Shown here piece by piece: positions 1 to 10,821 of a DNA stretch of 64,000 bases. The notes beneath the pieces were generated by a model. The model was not told the DNA's origin. It did no database searches and was given only the letters and a program-made list of their open reading frames with translations. The stretch is from Cyanidioschyzon merolae (Eukaryota): the NCBI GenBank assembly GCA_000091205.1, contig AP006493.2. One strand, written 5' to 3'. The translations under genes and the position numbers were made by a program. Each line of letters opens with the position of its first letter. Positions within the stretch are counted from its first letter, which is position 1.

Positions 1-2
1 TT

Positions 3-1004
3 GAGGAAGATGAATCTGCGGAAGCTGAGCCAAACACAGGTGAGCGGAAGGATGATACGATTCGTTCGTATCTGTATGAAATCGGGCGCTACCAACTTCT
101 TCAACCTGGGGAGGAGGTCGAACTCTCCAGACAGGTTTGTGTCCTCATGGATTTGGAGCGATTTCAGAAGTCGTTTCGGGAGCAGCATGGCAAGTCACCG
201 ACCGAGCTGGAGTGGGCTCGAGGATGCGGCTACGGCGAAGATGTCGAGGCGCTCCGCAAGCATATCCGAGATGGAAGAAGTGCGAAGGAAAGAATGGTAA
301 CCGCCAATCTGCGGCTGGTGGTCTCCATCGCAAAACGCTATTCTAACCGTGGCGTAGCTCTGCAGGATCTGATCCAAGAGGGCTCCATTGGACTCATACG
401 AGGAGTTGAAAAATTTGATGCTGGGCGAGGATTCCGGTTCTCCACGTACGCAACTTGGTGGATACGGCAATCCATTACACGAGCAATATCGGATTCCTCA
501 CGTTCCATAAGACTGCCTGTTCACGTCCATGACACGATTTCCATGATTCGAAAGCACACCAAGGCCCTGCATACACAGCTGGGGCGTCCACCTCGCGAGG
601 ACGAAATCTGCGAAAGTGTTGGAATAGATATTGCAAAGTATCGTTTAATCATGGAATGTTCTCAGAATATTGTGAGCCTCGAAACACCCATGCACGGTAC
701 AGATGACATACACAACCTCGGCGAGTCCCTGATATCCCCAGAGGAGCGCTCTGAGGATACTGTCTCGCGAGATACCTTGCGGGATAGCATTGAAAAGGTG
801 CTGCGGTGTCTGACTGCGCGTGAACGGGAGGTTATTCGCATGCGCTTCGGCCTAGCAGACGGCCGACCGCGAACTTTGGAGGAAGTGGGAGTCAAATTTA
901 ATGTTACCAGAGAGCGCATTCGGCAGATCGAATCCAAGGCTCTGAAAAAGCTCCGAATTCCTGCAGAGAACAATTTCCTCGACGAGTATCTCACGGAGCT
1001 CTAG
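3..1004 (+). CDS. RNA polymerase sigma-70 family factor (plastid-type, nuclear-encoded), 5'-truncated at window edge
   Basis: Frame 3 is open from nt 3. The translation contains sigma-70 regions 1.2-4: YLYEIGRYQLL, ERMVTANLRLVVSIAKRY, GLIRGVEKFD, FSTYATWWIRQSITRAI, and a helix-turn-helix TLEEVGVKFNVTRERIRQIESKALKKLR. The stop is at 1002..1004. Confidence 0.85.
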   Translation, partial: EEDESAEAEPNTGERKDDTIRSYLYEIGRYQLLQPGEEVELSRQVCVLMDLERFQKSFREQHGKSPTELEWARGCGYGEDVEALRKHIRDGRSAKERMVTANLRLVVSIAKRYSNRGVALQDLIQEGSIGLIRGVEKFDAGRGFRFSTYATWWIRQSITRAISDSSRSIRLPVHVHDTISMIRKHTKALHTQLGRPPREDEICESVGIDIAKYRLIMECSQNIVSLETPMHGTDDIHNLGESLISPEERSEDTVSRDTLRDSIEKVLRCLTAREREVIRMRFGLADGRPRTLEEVGVKFNVTRERIRQIESKALKKLRIPAENNFLDEYLTEL

Positions 1005-1049
1005 GGTAGCCAGTCACTGCACCAAACACTTTCGGAGAGATTTTATAAA

Positions 1050-2575
1050 ACTGGTGATTTTACCGAGCTGTACTGAATGCGCACTGTCAGAGAAGCGAAA
1101 CGTTTGCTGTTCTTTGTGGGATAAACAAATACCTTCCCATAGACGCCTCCTAGTCTTTTTTGACCGGTCGCCTGCTACTAGTCTCAGTTTCGCCCTGTGC
1201 ATTTCGATCCTGAGAGGCTGCCCCTTAAAGTTTGCTCGTCTTCAGCACCGCAAATCTCCTGTTATTGATAGCAGCATGGGAGTCCCGGTTCACGAACTCC
1301 GCGTATGCAGCGCTGCTGGTGGACCTCACCAAAACAAGGATTCCTCGAACTCGCGCGTTCTGTGCCACTAAAGTCTCACCATCGCCCCGTTGGCAAACAT
1401 CACTTTCCTTCTGTCTACTTTCTTTTTCGTCTTCTTCTTGCTCACTTGCTCTTCATCGCTCGATGGTTTGCGAGAGGCAAATTTATTTCGTTTTTCCGAC
1501 AGAAGGCGACATCGGGGCTCCAGGATTTTCGACTCCCATGTTCATAACTTTCCCTTGGATTTCCTATTTCTTCAAATCACCACACCAGTTTATGCCCGCC
1601 AGGTGAGGACCTTCACAGAGCAAGAAGGACTTGTGAAAGAGATAATGTGCCCACTGGGACACCATGTGCTTAACGCTTCAGCGATTCGCCCGGTGGAACG
1701 ATCATTACATTTCAGGATACAAAACACTCTTTCGGTTAAGTTGAACCATGGAGCGTACGGAGTAATGAAAGGCGGCTCTACGGCGAGAGACCTGGCAAAG
1801 GCTCGAACGGAAGGGCAATTCTCAAATGCACGGTGTCCAATAGGAGGAGGTCTCCAGATTTCAGGGGAAAAGTCTTCAATGATCCGACGAAGTGGTCGAA
1901 GCTGCTGTTTGAGCCTTCTTTAGACGCCAGAACCGAGGCCACCAATAGTATCTACTGCAGCTAGAACATATGGTGATGTTCTCTTTCGCCTCGAGATCGA
2001 TTGTATATACAACGGGCTCCATGCTCCGCGAATACTCACACATGCTCCGATCGTTTCATTCGAATGACATCTCATCGACTGAAAGAATAAACCGACGTAC
2101 CTGTGCTTCATACGGCTAGTGGCGTTCCGGAAAAGCTATTGCTGCGATTTCGGTGGAGGATGGCCGTGCGTGATCTAGGGCGCTGTTTTTGCGACTACAT
2201 CGCAATGTCTGCAGGACCACGCGAGCTCCCCGCTCAGACACAGAGACGCTTGCGGTGGCTACTATTACGCCTTTTTTCTTCCCGTATGAGGGTCAACGGA
2301 TCGTATTCCATCATTGACTGGAAGCAGTCTTGGAGAATAACGGTTTTGTCGCGGAACGCATGTACTTGTTTCTTTCTTTCATTGTTCCTCAACGATCTGA
2401 GTACTGTTGTATGACTGAACTGAGGGGCGAACGCAGTCCTCCTTGCATTGTTAAGCAAAAAATATTCTCTACAAGCAATTTGTGTACAATCTATATGGTA
2501 CGCTGCGTAGAGATTTGCATGTCCTGCTCTACAGTGCGAAGAAGCATTCTATTTTACGCAGCGGGAGTAAAGCAA
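1050..2575 (-). mobile_element. TnpB/Fanzor-like element, family B copy B0 (degenerate: stops and frameshifts)
   Basis: Minus-strand pieces: a K/R-rich N-terminal ORF (2234..2458), a RuvC-I-like YVLAAVDTIGG (1920..2111), and a C-terminal RuvC-III-like fragment EFVNRDSHAAINNRRFAVLKTSKL* ending about 1228. The 3' noncoding block ggtcaaaaaagactaggaggcgtct is homologous to the 3' ends of A1/A2/B1/B3. The 5' 941 bp are identical to B1. Confidence 0.6.
1635..2575. repeat. 941-bp direct repeat, copy 1 (100% identical to 5415..6355)
   Basis: All ORF translations in 1920..2596 are duplicated exactly at +3780 nt. The two copies diverge at both ends. Confidence 0.9.
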
Positions 2576-3370
2576 GACTTGGTTTCAATAGTATAATACA
2601 AGGCGTCGATTAACGCGGTTCCTGTTACAGCAGTAGGCCATCATAGCGGGTAGACGCCCAAATACGCCTAGATTTCGTCATGGGCTCCAATTCCCAGCAC
2701 TTGCCCGTTTGAAAAGCGACGCGATCATTGTATAACTCGGACGCTGACGACCGAATGAAACGATCTCGTTCGGAAAGCGGCCTGACACAGCATCCAAATA
2801 AGCTCATCTGCCGAATTTCACCAGCGCCATCTGATCCGGTCTGTTTACACTTGCGTATAGATGCCCGGTGCGGCCTGGCGCCGAACTTGACTGCGGCTCT
2901 TCGTCGAACTTGCGACTTCCAGCGGCAGAATTTGGATAGAAGCATCAATGCTATCGAGGTTCGTTTTTTCAGCGTATTAGGATCTGTTAATATACATGCA
3001 ATAATCAGCAATCTAAAAACTGTAGTGACCCCGTACGCGCAGCTTGGATTATGTTATTTCTCTCTCTTTCGATGACATGGATGAAAGGCGGCGAATGCAT
3101 GTCTCCATGTGCTTGTAATGTGAAACGGTTCATACCTGGATAACCGCCGGCATATGATCATGAAATTCTCAAGACTTTACGGCGCGTTGAAGTCAAATTC
3201 TCATGCCGGAAGTCTGTCGAATCGACGCCTTCTACAATTTAACCATTTATGAAGCAAGTACCCATCGTTAAATTCCGATTCGTGACCGGATTCCGCAATA
3301 TTCCATGGAAACCGATGGTCGCCGCAGATGAACTCGGAGAGGGAGCATGGTGGCCTTCCAGGACGCTCTA

Positions 3371-4774
3371 TCACTGACGGTCGAGGAGCCTCCGAACTTT
3401 CTGTATGCGTTGCTCCGCGTTCAGTCCGCTGCTACTTCGTTTTTCGATTGGAACGTGCACATCGGCGTCCACCATGTGAGTAAACATCAGTGGTGCCAAG
3501 CCCGCGCACGGCTCGTTTGCAGCTTCGGAGCCCTCATCCTTGCAAAATGGAGATCCGTGCGTGGTCCGACGCAACAGTGCTCCATTGAAGATAACTTTTG
3601 TAAGATCTGCATACCATTGGAGAAGAATTGGACGCAAAATGCCTACAACGGTTGAATTTCTTGAGCATTTTCCCCATGGAGAGTCTCTCTCTAAAGCGTA
3701 ACGCCATGGAGGTTCATTCTCTCCGTAATGAATATTCCAGAGCACCAGCGGGTGCTCTGGAGCTTGGACATACTGGGGTCGTGGATCTATTCTTGGTGAA
3801 CCGTCAAGCCCAAGAAGGCTGTCCACTAGAGAAATGTTCTCTGTGCCCCGACCGATTTCCAAGAGAAGAGCAATCATGAACCTAACTTGATGGTAAAGAA
3901 ATGCCTGGCCTTCGATGGTGAACTCTAAAATGCCACGAGGGAAAAGCGCGCGATAGAACTCATCTTTTGCGAGTTCGACTGTGCATTGCAGAATAACCCG
4001 TTCTGTGTTGCCTTTCGTTGTCTCCGCATCGAACTTGCAGAAATTGGCAAAATCATGTCTTCCGACCATCTTTTTGGCTGCAGCAACCATGCTACAGATG
4101 CCTTCATCGCTAAACACATTCGGCACGAAATATTTGTATGTTCGTGAATAGGCACTGAAACGAGCCGAGAAATCATCCGCCACGGGGGCCCAGGCGTACA
4201 CTCGCACTGATGCAGGCAACTCCCGATTCAGTAAATGTATATAGTCATAAAAGTTAGTCCCCGTGCCAGGTGGAGGGCACCTTACCAAAAGCGATACGAC
4301 TTGGCCAATTGCACTGACACCCTTATCGGTGCGCCCACCACGAGCGTACTGCCAACCTTTTACAGCCCAGGTCTCACCGAACTTCTCTCGGCTGAGAGGC
4401 CTGTTCGGGGACACCCCTGTGGCGCACGTGCCGTCACTGCCAACGAACCAGTGCAAATTGGGTACCAGATTTACCTTCTCTAGCGCATAAAATAGAGCAC
4501 TCTCTACAGATTTGAATGCGATTCCACTAAGCTTCCCCGCCGAAGACGTGCTGAAGTCAGCCGGCTGAGCAGCAAAACCAGAAGGAAACGACCAACCTTG
4601 GTATGCAAGCTTCAACGCTATTTTTCGAACGCCGTACTCTTTGAAGTTGATTTCGCGAGCAGAATTCTTATTACGGGAGCTGCTCCGCTTCAGTCCTAGC
4701 AGTTGCTCCAAACGTGCAGCGTAAGCCTCCAGTTCTGCTCGGCTTAGTTTCGAAAGGTTCTGTACAGCGCTCAT
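3371..4774 (-). CDS. tRNA pseudouridine synthase, TruA/Pus3 family
   Basis: 467-aa ORF starting with ATG. It carries the TruA catalytic motif GGRTDKGVSAIGQVVSL and the Pus3-like motifs HDFANFCK, YHQVRFMIALLLEIG. Confidence 0.85.
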   Translation of the reverse strand: MSAVQNLSKLSRAELEAYAARLEQLLGLKRSSSRNKNSAREINFKEYGVRKIALKLAYQGWSFPSGFAAQPADFSTSSAGKLSGIAFKSVESALFYALEKVNLVPNLHWFVGSDGTCATGVSPNRPLSREKFGETWAVKGWQYARGGRTDKGVSAIGQVVSLLVRCPPPGTGTNFYDYIHLLNRELPASVRVYAWAPVADDFSARFSAYSRTYKYFVPNVFSDEGICSMVAAAKKMVGRHDFANFCKFDAETTKGNTERVILQCTVELAKDEFYRALFPRGILEFTIEGQAFLYHQVRFMIALLLEIGRGTENISLVDSLLGLDGSPRIDPRPQYVQAPEHPLVLWNIHYGENEPPWRYALERDSPWGKCSRNSTVVGILRPILLQWYADLTKVIFNGALLRRTTHGSPFCKDEGSEAANEPCAGLAPLMFTHMVDADVHVPIEKRSSSGLNAEQRIQKVRRLLDRQ

Positions 4775-4889
4775 CTCGAAGAAGTATACTTGGCTTCAAG
4801 AAAAGAGGATCTTTTGCCGTGATGCCGAAAAATAAGTGTCCCGCAACTTCTATAACCAAGTTGTGGAACAAACTGGTCCAAACACGAAA

Positions 4890-6355
4890 TGGTTTCCCTC
4901 CATCCAACGAAAATAAGAAAACAAAGTTGGCTCAGCGAATCGAAAGCCCCTTTCGCAAACACGGAGTAGATTTATATTCACGCGCAGACGCCTCGCAGCC
5001 TTTATCGACCAGCCACGTGCTGTCGGCCTCAGAGTCTCCTTCTGGACTTCCACCCGGAGAGGCTGCCCCATAAAGTTCGCTCGCGTCAGCGCAGCGGGTC
5101 TCGCCTTCTGCACCGCACATCTGCTGATATTGATGGCAGCATTAAAGTCTTGGTACGCGAACTCCATGCATTTATTACTTCTGGATGAACTCACCAATGC
5201 AAGCAGCTCTCGAACTAGTGCCCTCAGTGCCACTTGCTGCTGTGTCAGTTCTTCATGTTTTTCAATCGCGGATGCGCCCCGCTCGCTCTTCTCCACCTCG
5301 ACTATCTGCATTGTGCATCCCGGCACATCCCTAAGATGTTTTATTTTTGAACATGTACGCATTTCTTCTTGCCTTTAGATGACAACTTTCCCGGAGGCAG
5401 AAGAGCTCGTGGAAGAAAGAGATAATGTGCCCACTGGGACACCATGTGCTTAACGCTTCAGCGATTCGCCCGGTGGAACGATCATTACATTTCAGGATAC
5501 AAAACACTCTTTCGGTTAAGTTGAACCATGGAGCGTACGGAGTAATGAAAGGCGGCTCTACGGCGAGAGACCTGGCAAAGGCTCGAACGGAAGGGCAATT
5601 CTCAAATGCACGGTGTCCAATAGGAGGAGGTCTCCAGATTTCAGGGGAAAAGTCTTCAATGATCCGACGAAGTGGTCGAAGCTGCTGTTTGAGCCTTCTT
5701 TAGACGCCAGAACCGAGGCCACCAATAGTATCTACTGCAGCTAGAACATATGGTGATGTTCTCTTTCGCCTCGAGATCGATTGTATATACAACGGGCTCC
5801 ATGCTCCGCGAATACTCACACATGCTCCGATCGTTTCATTCGAATGACATCTCATCGACTGAAAGAATAAACCGACGTACCTGTGCTTCATACGGCTAGT
5901 GGCGTTCCGGAAAAGCTATTGCTGCGATTTCGGTGGAGGATGGCCGTGCGTGATCTAGGGCGCTGTTTTTGCGACTACATCGCAATGTCTGCAGGACCAC
6001 GCGAGCTCCCCGCTCAGACACAGAGACGCTTGCGGTGGCTACTATTACGCCTTTTTTCTTCCCGTATGAGGGTCAACGGATCGTATTCCATCATTGACTG
6101 GAAGCAGTCTTGGAGAATAACGGTTTTGTCGCGGAACGCATGTACTTGTTTCTTTCTTTCATTGTTCCTCAACGATCTGAGTACTGTTGTATGACTGAAC
6201 TGAGGGGCGAACGCAGTCCTCCTTGCATTGTTAAGCAAAAAATATTCTCTACAAGCAATTTGTGTACAATCTATATGGTACGCTGCGTAGAGATTTGCAT
6301 GTCCTGCTCTACAGTGCGAAGAAGCATTCTATTTTACGCAGCGGGAGTAAAGCAA
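4890..6355 (-). mobile_element. TnpB/Fanzor-like element, family B copy B1 (chimeric: 5' part identical to B0, 3' part divergent)
   Basis: ORF 4850..5362 (minus strand) has the zinc-finger/RuvC-III-like C-terminus ...CSKIKHL...YQDFNAAINISRCAVQKARPAALTRANFMGQPLRVEV. Upstream, the same RuvC-I-like YVLAAVDTIGG and N-terminal ORFs occur as in B0. The conserved 3' block ...ggctgcgaggcgtctgcg lies about 4985..5060. The 3' boundary at about 4890 is approximate. Confidence 0.6.
5415..6355. repeat. 941-bp direct repeat, copy 2
   Basis: Identical to 1635..2575. Confidence 0.9.
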
Positions 6356-7093
6356 AATCGAGTTGAACGACTATCTGACGCCTACGCAAAGCGATTCCGC
6401 GTACCGTGTATCTGCAAAGTAGCACTTCTTAATGGTAGAGCCGCAATTGAGAACGTTCGGAGTGTTTTCCTGGTTCTGCTGGATGGATTTTTGGTAAACT
6501 ATATTTAATCTTCTAGTGGGAGGATGATTGCGCGGGCAAAACCATATTTTCCAGGATGAGTCGTACTGAAAGAAGCACAGTATTCACTATGCCGGGCGAG
6601 GTAGGTGCTAGTTTGGGTTTGACCTCACGCGATGCGCACAACGGCTGCGGAATACGCACAACTCGATACTGATCGTCGAGTCGGCAAGACTGCAACATGC
6701 TCATGGCTCAGGTCATCCGAAGAGAAACCTCACCATAAATACCGTGTTCATACTTCACATCGTACATAAGAAAAATTACTTTTCAGGCCCTCTACAATAA
6801 ATAAAATTGGATTCCACTTATCGCGTTTATTGAGAGATTTACCGGACGCTTCCGTCGCAAAAAAAAGAAGAGACATAAGAAACTTGACCCACTGTGTAGA
6901 AGGAGAGCAAACACCGCAAAGCCCTGCGAAAACCTCATGCGGTGATGTCGCGCCCTGCTGCGATCGTAACGAAGGCCATTCGTCGCCACGCGCAACGCAG
7001 GGCAAGAGACGGCTTGCGTACGGTGCAGAACACCGAACTGGCTGTGAAGAGGATCTCTTCTTTGTCAGTACTAAAAGGCGTCGCTTTCTGGGA

Positions 7094-8485
7094 ATGGAGC
7101 AGCTTGCCAAGGATCTTTTTGAGATAGGTGCGGTCAAGTTTGGCACGTTCAAACTCAAGTCTGGGATAGCGTCTCCATTCTATGTCGATCTGCGCGTTGC
7201 TGTCTCGTATCCTCGAGTTCTGAGAAGCATTGCGGCTCTGTACCTAGAGTGCTTGCAGGACTTTTCTGGCGCTTTCGACGTTATTTGCGGGGTTCCATAC
7301 ACTGCGCTCCCTTTTGCGACAGCAATGGCTGTGCAGGGAGACTTACCTATGGTTATGTGTCGAAAGGAGGTCAAAGACCATGGAACACGGCGAGTTGTTG
7401 AAGGTGCTTTCACACAAGGCTCTCGTTGCTTAATAATCGAGGACGTTGTTACAAGTGGTTCAAGTATTCTGGAAGTTGTGGGCGCATTGCGCGCAGAGGG
7501 TCTCAAAGTGGATCACGCGATCGTCTTGCTTGATAGGGAGCAAGGCGGGTGTGAGGCGCTTCTCGGCCAGGGAATAGGGCTCCGATCTGTTTTCCGCATC
7601 AGCGACCTCGTTGGGACGCTGCGGAATTTGAACTTGCTTGAGCCGGGGAAGGTGGATATGATTCTAGATTTTATTCGCACGGCCCGCGCAGCATCAGATG
7701 TTAAGCGCCCCGAAACAAACGTTCCATCCGCATTGCCAGTCGCCGCATCAAGTTCTTCCCCGGTGCGAGATCAACTTTACTCAATCGCAGAAAAAAAGAG
7801 AAGCATATTATGCGTTGCGGCAGACGTACAATCGACTAAGGAGCTTCTTGGAATTGCAGATGCAGTAGGCCCCCACATCTGTGTTCTGAAGTTGCACGCC
7901 GATATTATCCAGGACTGGACGACGGACACATCAAGACGCCTTCGAGAGCTCGCGGACAAACACAGTTTCATGCTTTTTGAGGATCGAAAATTCGCTGACA
8001 TAGGAAACACGGTTGTTGCACAGTTCAGCGCAGGCGTACATCGGATCTCTTCCTGGGCGGACATTGTCAATGCACACGCCATCCCGGGCCCTGGACTGAT
8101 TGAGGGCCTGCGCCACGCTTGCGCAATTTCCGGCAGAATGATTGGCCTCCTGTTAGTCGCACAAATGTCCAGCAAAGGGAACTTGATTGACGAGAGATAC
8201 ACTGCTACATGCCTGCGGATGGCCCGCGAAGCGTTTCCGTTCTGTATCGGCTTCATTGCCCAGGAGCGTCTGGACCCGACAGGGAAGCTCTTTGTGATGG
8301 CGCCTGGTGTGCAACTGGATTCAAAGGGCGATCAATTAGGCCAACAGTACAATTCACCACAGTATCTGCTGAAGCGCAAGGGTGTCGACTTCCTTATCGT
8401 TGGCCGCGGTATCTACGGGAGTGAAGAGCCAGCAAAGGCGGCCCAGATGTACAAAGAGTTGTCGTGGAGCGTCCTTCACGGCTAA
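7094..8485 (+). CDS. UMPS: UMP synthase, bifunctional orotate phosphoribosyltransferase / orotidine-5'-phosphate decarboxylase
   Basis: The N-terminal half has the OPRT PRPP-binding motif CLIIEDVVTSGSS and FGTFKLKSGIASPFYVD. The C-terminal half has the OMP decarboxylase motifs ICVLKLHADII, LFEDRKFADIGNTV, GRGIY. The first ATG is at 7094; the tracked ORF 6830..8485 starts on TTG and its first 88 codons are an unlikely extension. Confidence 0.9.
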   Translation: MEQLAKDLFEIGAVKFGTFKLKSGIASPFYVDLRVAVSYPRVLRSIAALYLECLQDFSGAFDVICGVPYTALPFATAMAVQGDLPMVMCRKEVKDHGTRRVVEGAFTQGSRCLIIEDVVTSGSSILEVVGALRAEGLKVDHAIVLLDREQGGCEALLGQGIGLRSVFRISDLVGTLRNLNLLEPGKVDMILDFIRTARAASDVKRPETNVPSALPVAASSSSPVRDQLYSIAEKKRSILCVAADVQSTKELLGIADAVGPHICVLKLHADIIQDWTTDTSRRLRELADKHSFMLFEDRKFADIGNTVVAQFSAGVHRISSWADIVNAHAIPGPGLIEGLRHACAISGRMIGLLLVAQMSSKGNLIDERYTATCLRMAREAFPFCIGFIAQERLDPTGKLFVMAPGVQLDSKGDQLGQQYNSPQYLLKRKGVDFLIVGRGIYGSEEPAKAAQMYKELSWSVLHG

Positions 8486-8940
8486 TTCCTAATGGGCAGA
8501 AGCAAGCGTCGGCTCCCACAAAGTTCAGTAGAACGGCGGGGGTCAGTTGCCACGAACGCTTTACGTGCGGCATCAAGATGATATTTCATTGCGAATGGAG
8601 TTCGTCGACGTCAGTTGCATCCGCAGAATGCTTCTTTGTTTCGGATATGTCCGCGGCCTGTGCCCGCAACGAATGTTCCTAGAAGTACATTTCACGGCGC
8701 CTTGAACATGTAGTTAAGATAAGCGCTCGAAATCGTCCCTGATTCGGCAGTGACTGTCCCTAGAGCTGGATCCTATGGTTTCTTGACCCTGTGGCTACAA
8801 TATGCGCTCGACACCGTCGAAGATCAGGGAATCGCTCTAGTGTCGGCCTGATTTCCACCAAGTGCACTCTGCACTTTTTGAAATTTTTGGAGGACCCATT
8901 AAAAAAATAAATGCAAGGATTCCTAAGAATAGAGATACAG

Positions 8941-10443
8941 TCAGCTGCTAGGGATTGTGGCGCGACTTTCGCTGACGCGCACTCGTATGATCGAATCGGG
9001 GTACAGCCTTATTGTGTCCCCAGTGTGTAGCGCAGAATTCGGACCGGTCTTTGTGGCCTTCCCCTGCAGTTCTTCCATTACTAAATCCTTGCCATGCCAT
9101 GATTCCACCGTCCCAAACGCTGTCGGATCCGCAGCATACACGTCCACAGGCGTTCGTTGGTAATTTCTGTACACAATCGAGGAGTTCCATATTTCCGCCG
9201 ACCAGCCTCGAACTCGAATCTGGTGCAATTCCGATTCTGTAACGATCGCAAGTCCCGGAAGCATAGCGCGGACTTTTCCGATAAGACGCTCAAAGCACGA
9301 CAGATGTTTTTCGTATTCCTCCAGAGAATACGTAGATCTCATCGCGTTCTGCGCATGCCACATAATGTTGGCAAACTTTGTCGAATTCAGAGTCTTGATA
9401 ATTTCGTTCACAGACTTTTCGCAGTCAAACCCTGGGTAAAATGCATCAAACCGAGGCCGATTCGTGATTACAAGGCCACCATCCATGCGATATACCTTCT
9501 GAACATCTCCGAGGCTGGTGCCGATGAAACCTGCGTACCGCGCGGCATCGGCCAGCCACGGTGTCCACGTATTGTGTGGTGACGAAAGCACCCGAGGCCG
9601 ATACCCCCAAAATGCCCGAAACGAATGCAAACCGCCCTGAATCCACTCGAGAAGATGCTGATGCTCATCGAACCAATCAAATTCAGACCGAAGAGCTATC
9701 TCACTAGAACCGCATACAAGAGAGTGGTTGAAACAAGCCTCCGCTTTGGATCCTGCAATATTTAACTCTCTTAGCCAACGGGACACAGAAAAGTGCGAAC
9801 GACCGTGGTACTCAGGATGCCACAATTCGTTCATATATAGCTTCCTGTAGAGGTCCCGTAGATCGCCTCTGCTGTATGGCGGCCTCGACAGGCCGCCCGC
9901 TGAATCATGCAGCAGGAGCTCGATGTAGCCGCAACGGTCCTGGCGTCCGCTATCCCTGCCGTGGCACGCTACCGCCAGCGGCCGCGAAAGCTTCCTCATC
10001 GCCTCAAAGTCGGGCCCGCCAACGATCCAGTGAGGCGTCAGCACGACTCTCTTTTCGTATGTAACGTCGGCATTTAACCGTTCAAGCAGACTCCCTAGAT
10101 TCTCGAGATCTTCACGGGTCTCGGAAGTCGCCAGTCGGTACCAAAAACCAGCGGGCGCAGTTTGAAGCTCCTCGTGACTAGAAGCGAACGCAATGTCCGG
10201 AAAGATTGGCACAGCGTCCGCCCAGCGTCCCCAGTCATCAGAGGATATTGACAGAAAACAACGCTCTGGCTTGTTCAGAAGCGGCGCTCGCCCGGGACGT
10301 GGCAGATCGAGGGGGTATGGAGGCTTCCCCCGGAAGCGCCAATCCACTCCAAACCGAAAAACTACTTTCAGCAGAGCAAAGACGGCGAGAGCAGCAACAA
10401 GGCGCAGAAAATAAAGATGCACCACCCTGGTGAAAGCAGACAT
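8941..10443 (-). CDS. hypothetical type-II membrane-anchored protein (N-terminal TM helix, about 470-aa lumenal/extracellular domain), function unknown
   Basis: 500-aa uninterrupted ORF with an ATG start and an N-terminal hydrophobic stretch LYFLRLVAALAVFALLKVVF. I recognise no confident family. Confidence 0.55.
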   Translation of the reverse strand: MSAFTRVVHLYFLRLVAALAVFALLKVVFRFGVDWRFRGKPPYPLDLPRPGRAPLLNKPERCFLSISSDDWGRWADAVPIFPDIAFASSHEELQTAPAGFWYRLATSETREDLENLGSLLERLNADVTYEKRVVLTPHWIVGGPDFEAMRKLSRPLAVACHGRDSGRQDRCGYIELLLHDSAGGLSRPPYSRGDLRDLYRKLYMNELWHPEYHGRSHFSVSRWLRELNIAGSKAEACFNHSLVCGSSEIALRSEFDWFDEHQHLLEWIQGGLHSFRAFWGYRPRVLSSPHNTWTPWLADAARYAGFIGTSLGDVQKVYRMDGGLVITNRPRFDAFYPGFDCEKSVNEIIKTLNSTKFANIMWHAQNAMRSTYSLEEYEKHLSCFERLIGKVRAMLPGLAIVTESELHQIRVRGWSAEIWNSSIVYRNYQRTPVDVYAADPTAFGTVESWHGKDLVMEELQGKATKTGPNSALHTGDTIRLYPDSIIRVRVSESRATIPSS

Positions 10444-10552
10444 AGGTGCCCAACTCTAGAGAGCGTGCTCTCACCCAGGATTCGGGGTTCCAAATGTTTT
10501 CGATTAAAGAACTGAGCGCGTATACGACTGAAATTTAAGAACCGGCCACTCC

Positions 10553-10821
10553 TGGAAACAAACGCCTTTCGAAAGTCGAACGACGCCAACCGTGTTCAGT
10601 TGTGGCGATCTACCTGCCCCAGACAAGATGTTTCCAATTGACGTGCAGACGCCTCCCCGTCTTTTTGGATCGGCCACGCACTACTACTTCCAACTGTTTC
10701 TCATATAGTTCCACTTTGACAGGTTGTCCCATAAAATTCTCTCTTGTCGACTCTGGAGGCCTTCTTTCCATCACCGCACATTTCCTTATATTGATAGCGG
10801 CGTTAAAGTCTCGTTCACAAA
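10553..10821 (-). ncRNA. candidate omega-RNA-like conserved 3' noncoding module of A1 (includes terminal hairpin cgtcgttcga-ctt-tcgaaaggcg)
   Basis: Runs from the nuclease stop codon to the element boundary. About 80-85% nucleotide identity to A2 38951..39140, although the proteins are only about 75% identical. The core ...aaaagacggggaggcgtctgcac... is shared with family B 3' ends. Confidence 0.35.

Noticed and set aside
1232-1606. Similar plus-strand ORFs (1232..1606, 5130..5378, 10602..11033, 38725..39105, 44848..45069) sharing peptides like ITAHFLILIAAL / LIAALESRFTNS, considered as a conserved antisense protein family.
   Set aside because: They are antisense translations of the conserved RuvC-III coding sequence (D-x-NAAINI read on the opposite strand) plus the conserved 3' module. 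The conservation is explained by the sense-strand nuclease gene.
4850-4960. C-terminal 35 residues of ORF 4850..5362 (…SYFRWMEGNHFVFGPVCSTTWL) as genuine nuclease sequence overlapping the 5' region of the PUS gene.
   Set aside because: Homologous copies (B0, B2, B3) terminate shortly after the RuvC-III/VLKTRP motif, and the conserved 3' noncoding block begins at about 4985..5060 in another frame. The extension is read-through into the element tail and host flank.
1635-6355. The 941-bp direct repeats flanking the pseudouridine synthase gene, considered as LTRs of a retrotransposon.
   Set aside because: The repeats are the 5' portions of two TnpB-like family B elements (they contain the RuvC-I-like and N-terminal ORF pieces). 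There are no RT/integrase/gag ORFs between them. The sequence between is a conventional host gene.
6830-7093. Extended N-terminus of UMP synthase, and similar upstream extensions of frataxin (18027), RPAC1 (42555), the membrane protein (32416), TSUP (59719) and NAA35-like (30288).
   Set aside because: The supplied ORF track accepts TTG/GTG as starts. The actual codons at those positions are TTG or GTG, and conserved domains begin after the first in-frame ATG. So the first ATG was used instead, with reduced confidence where several ATGs are possible.
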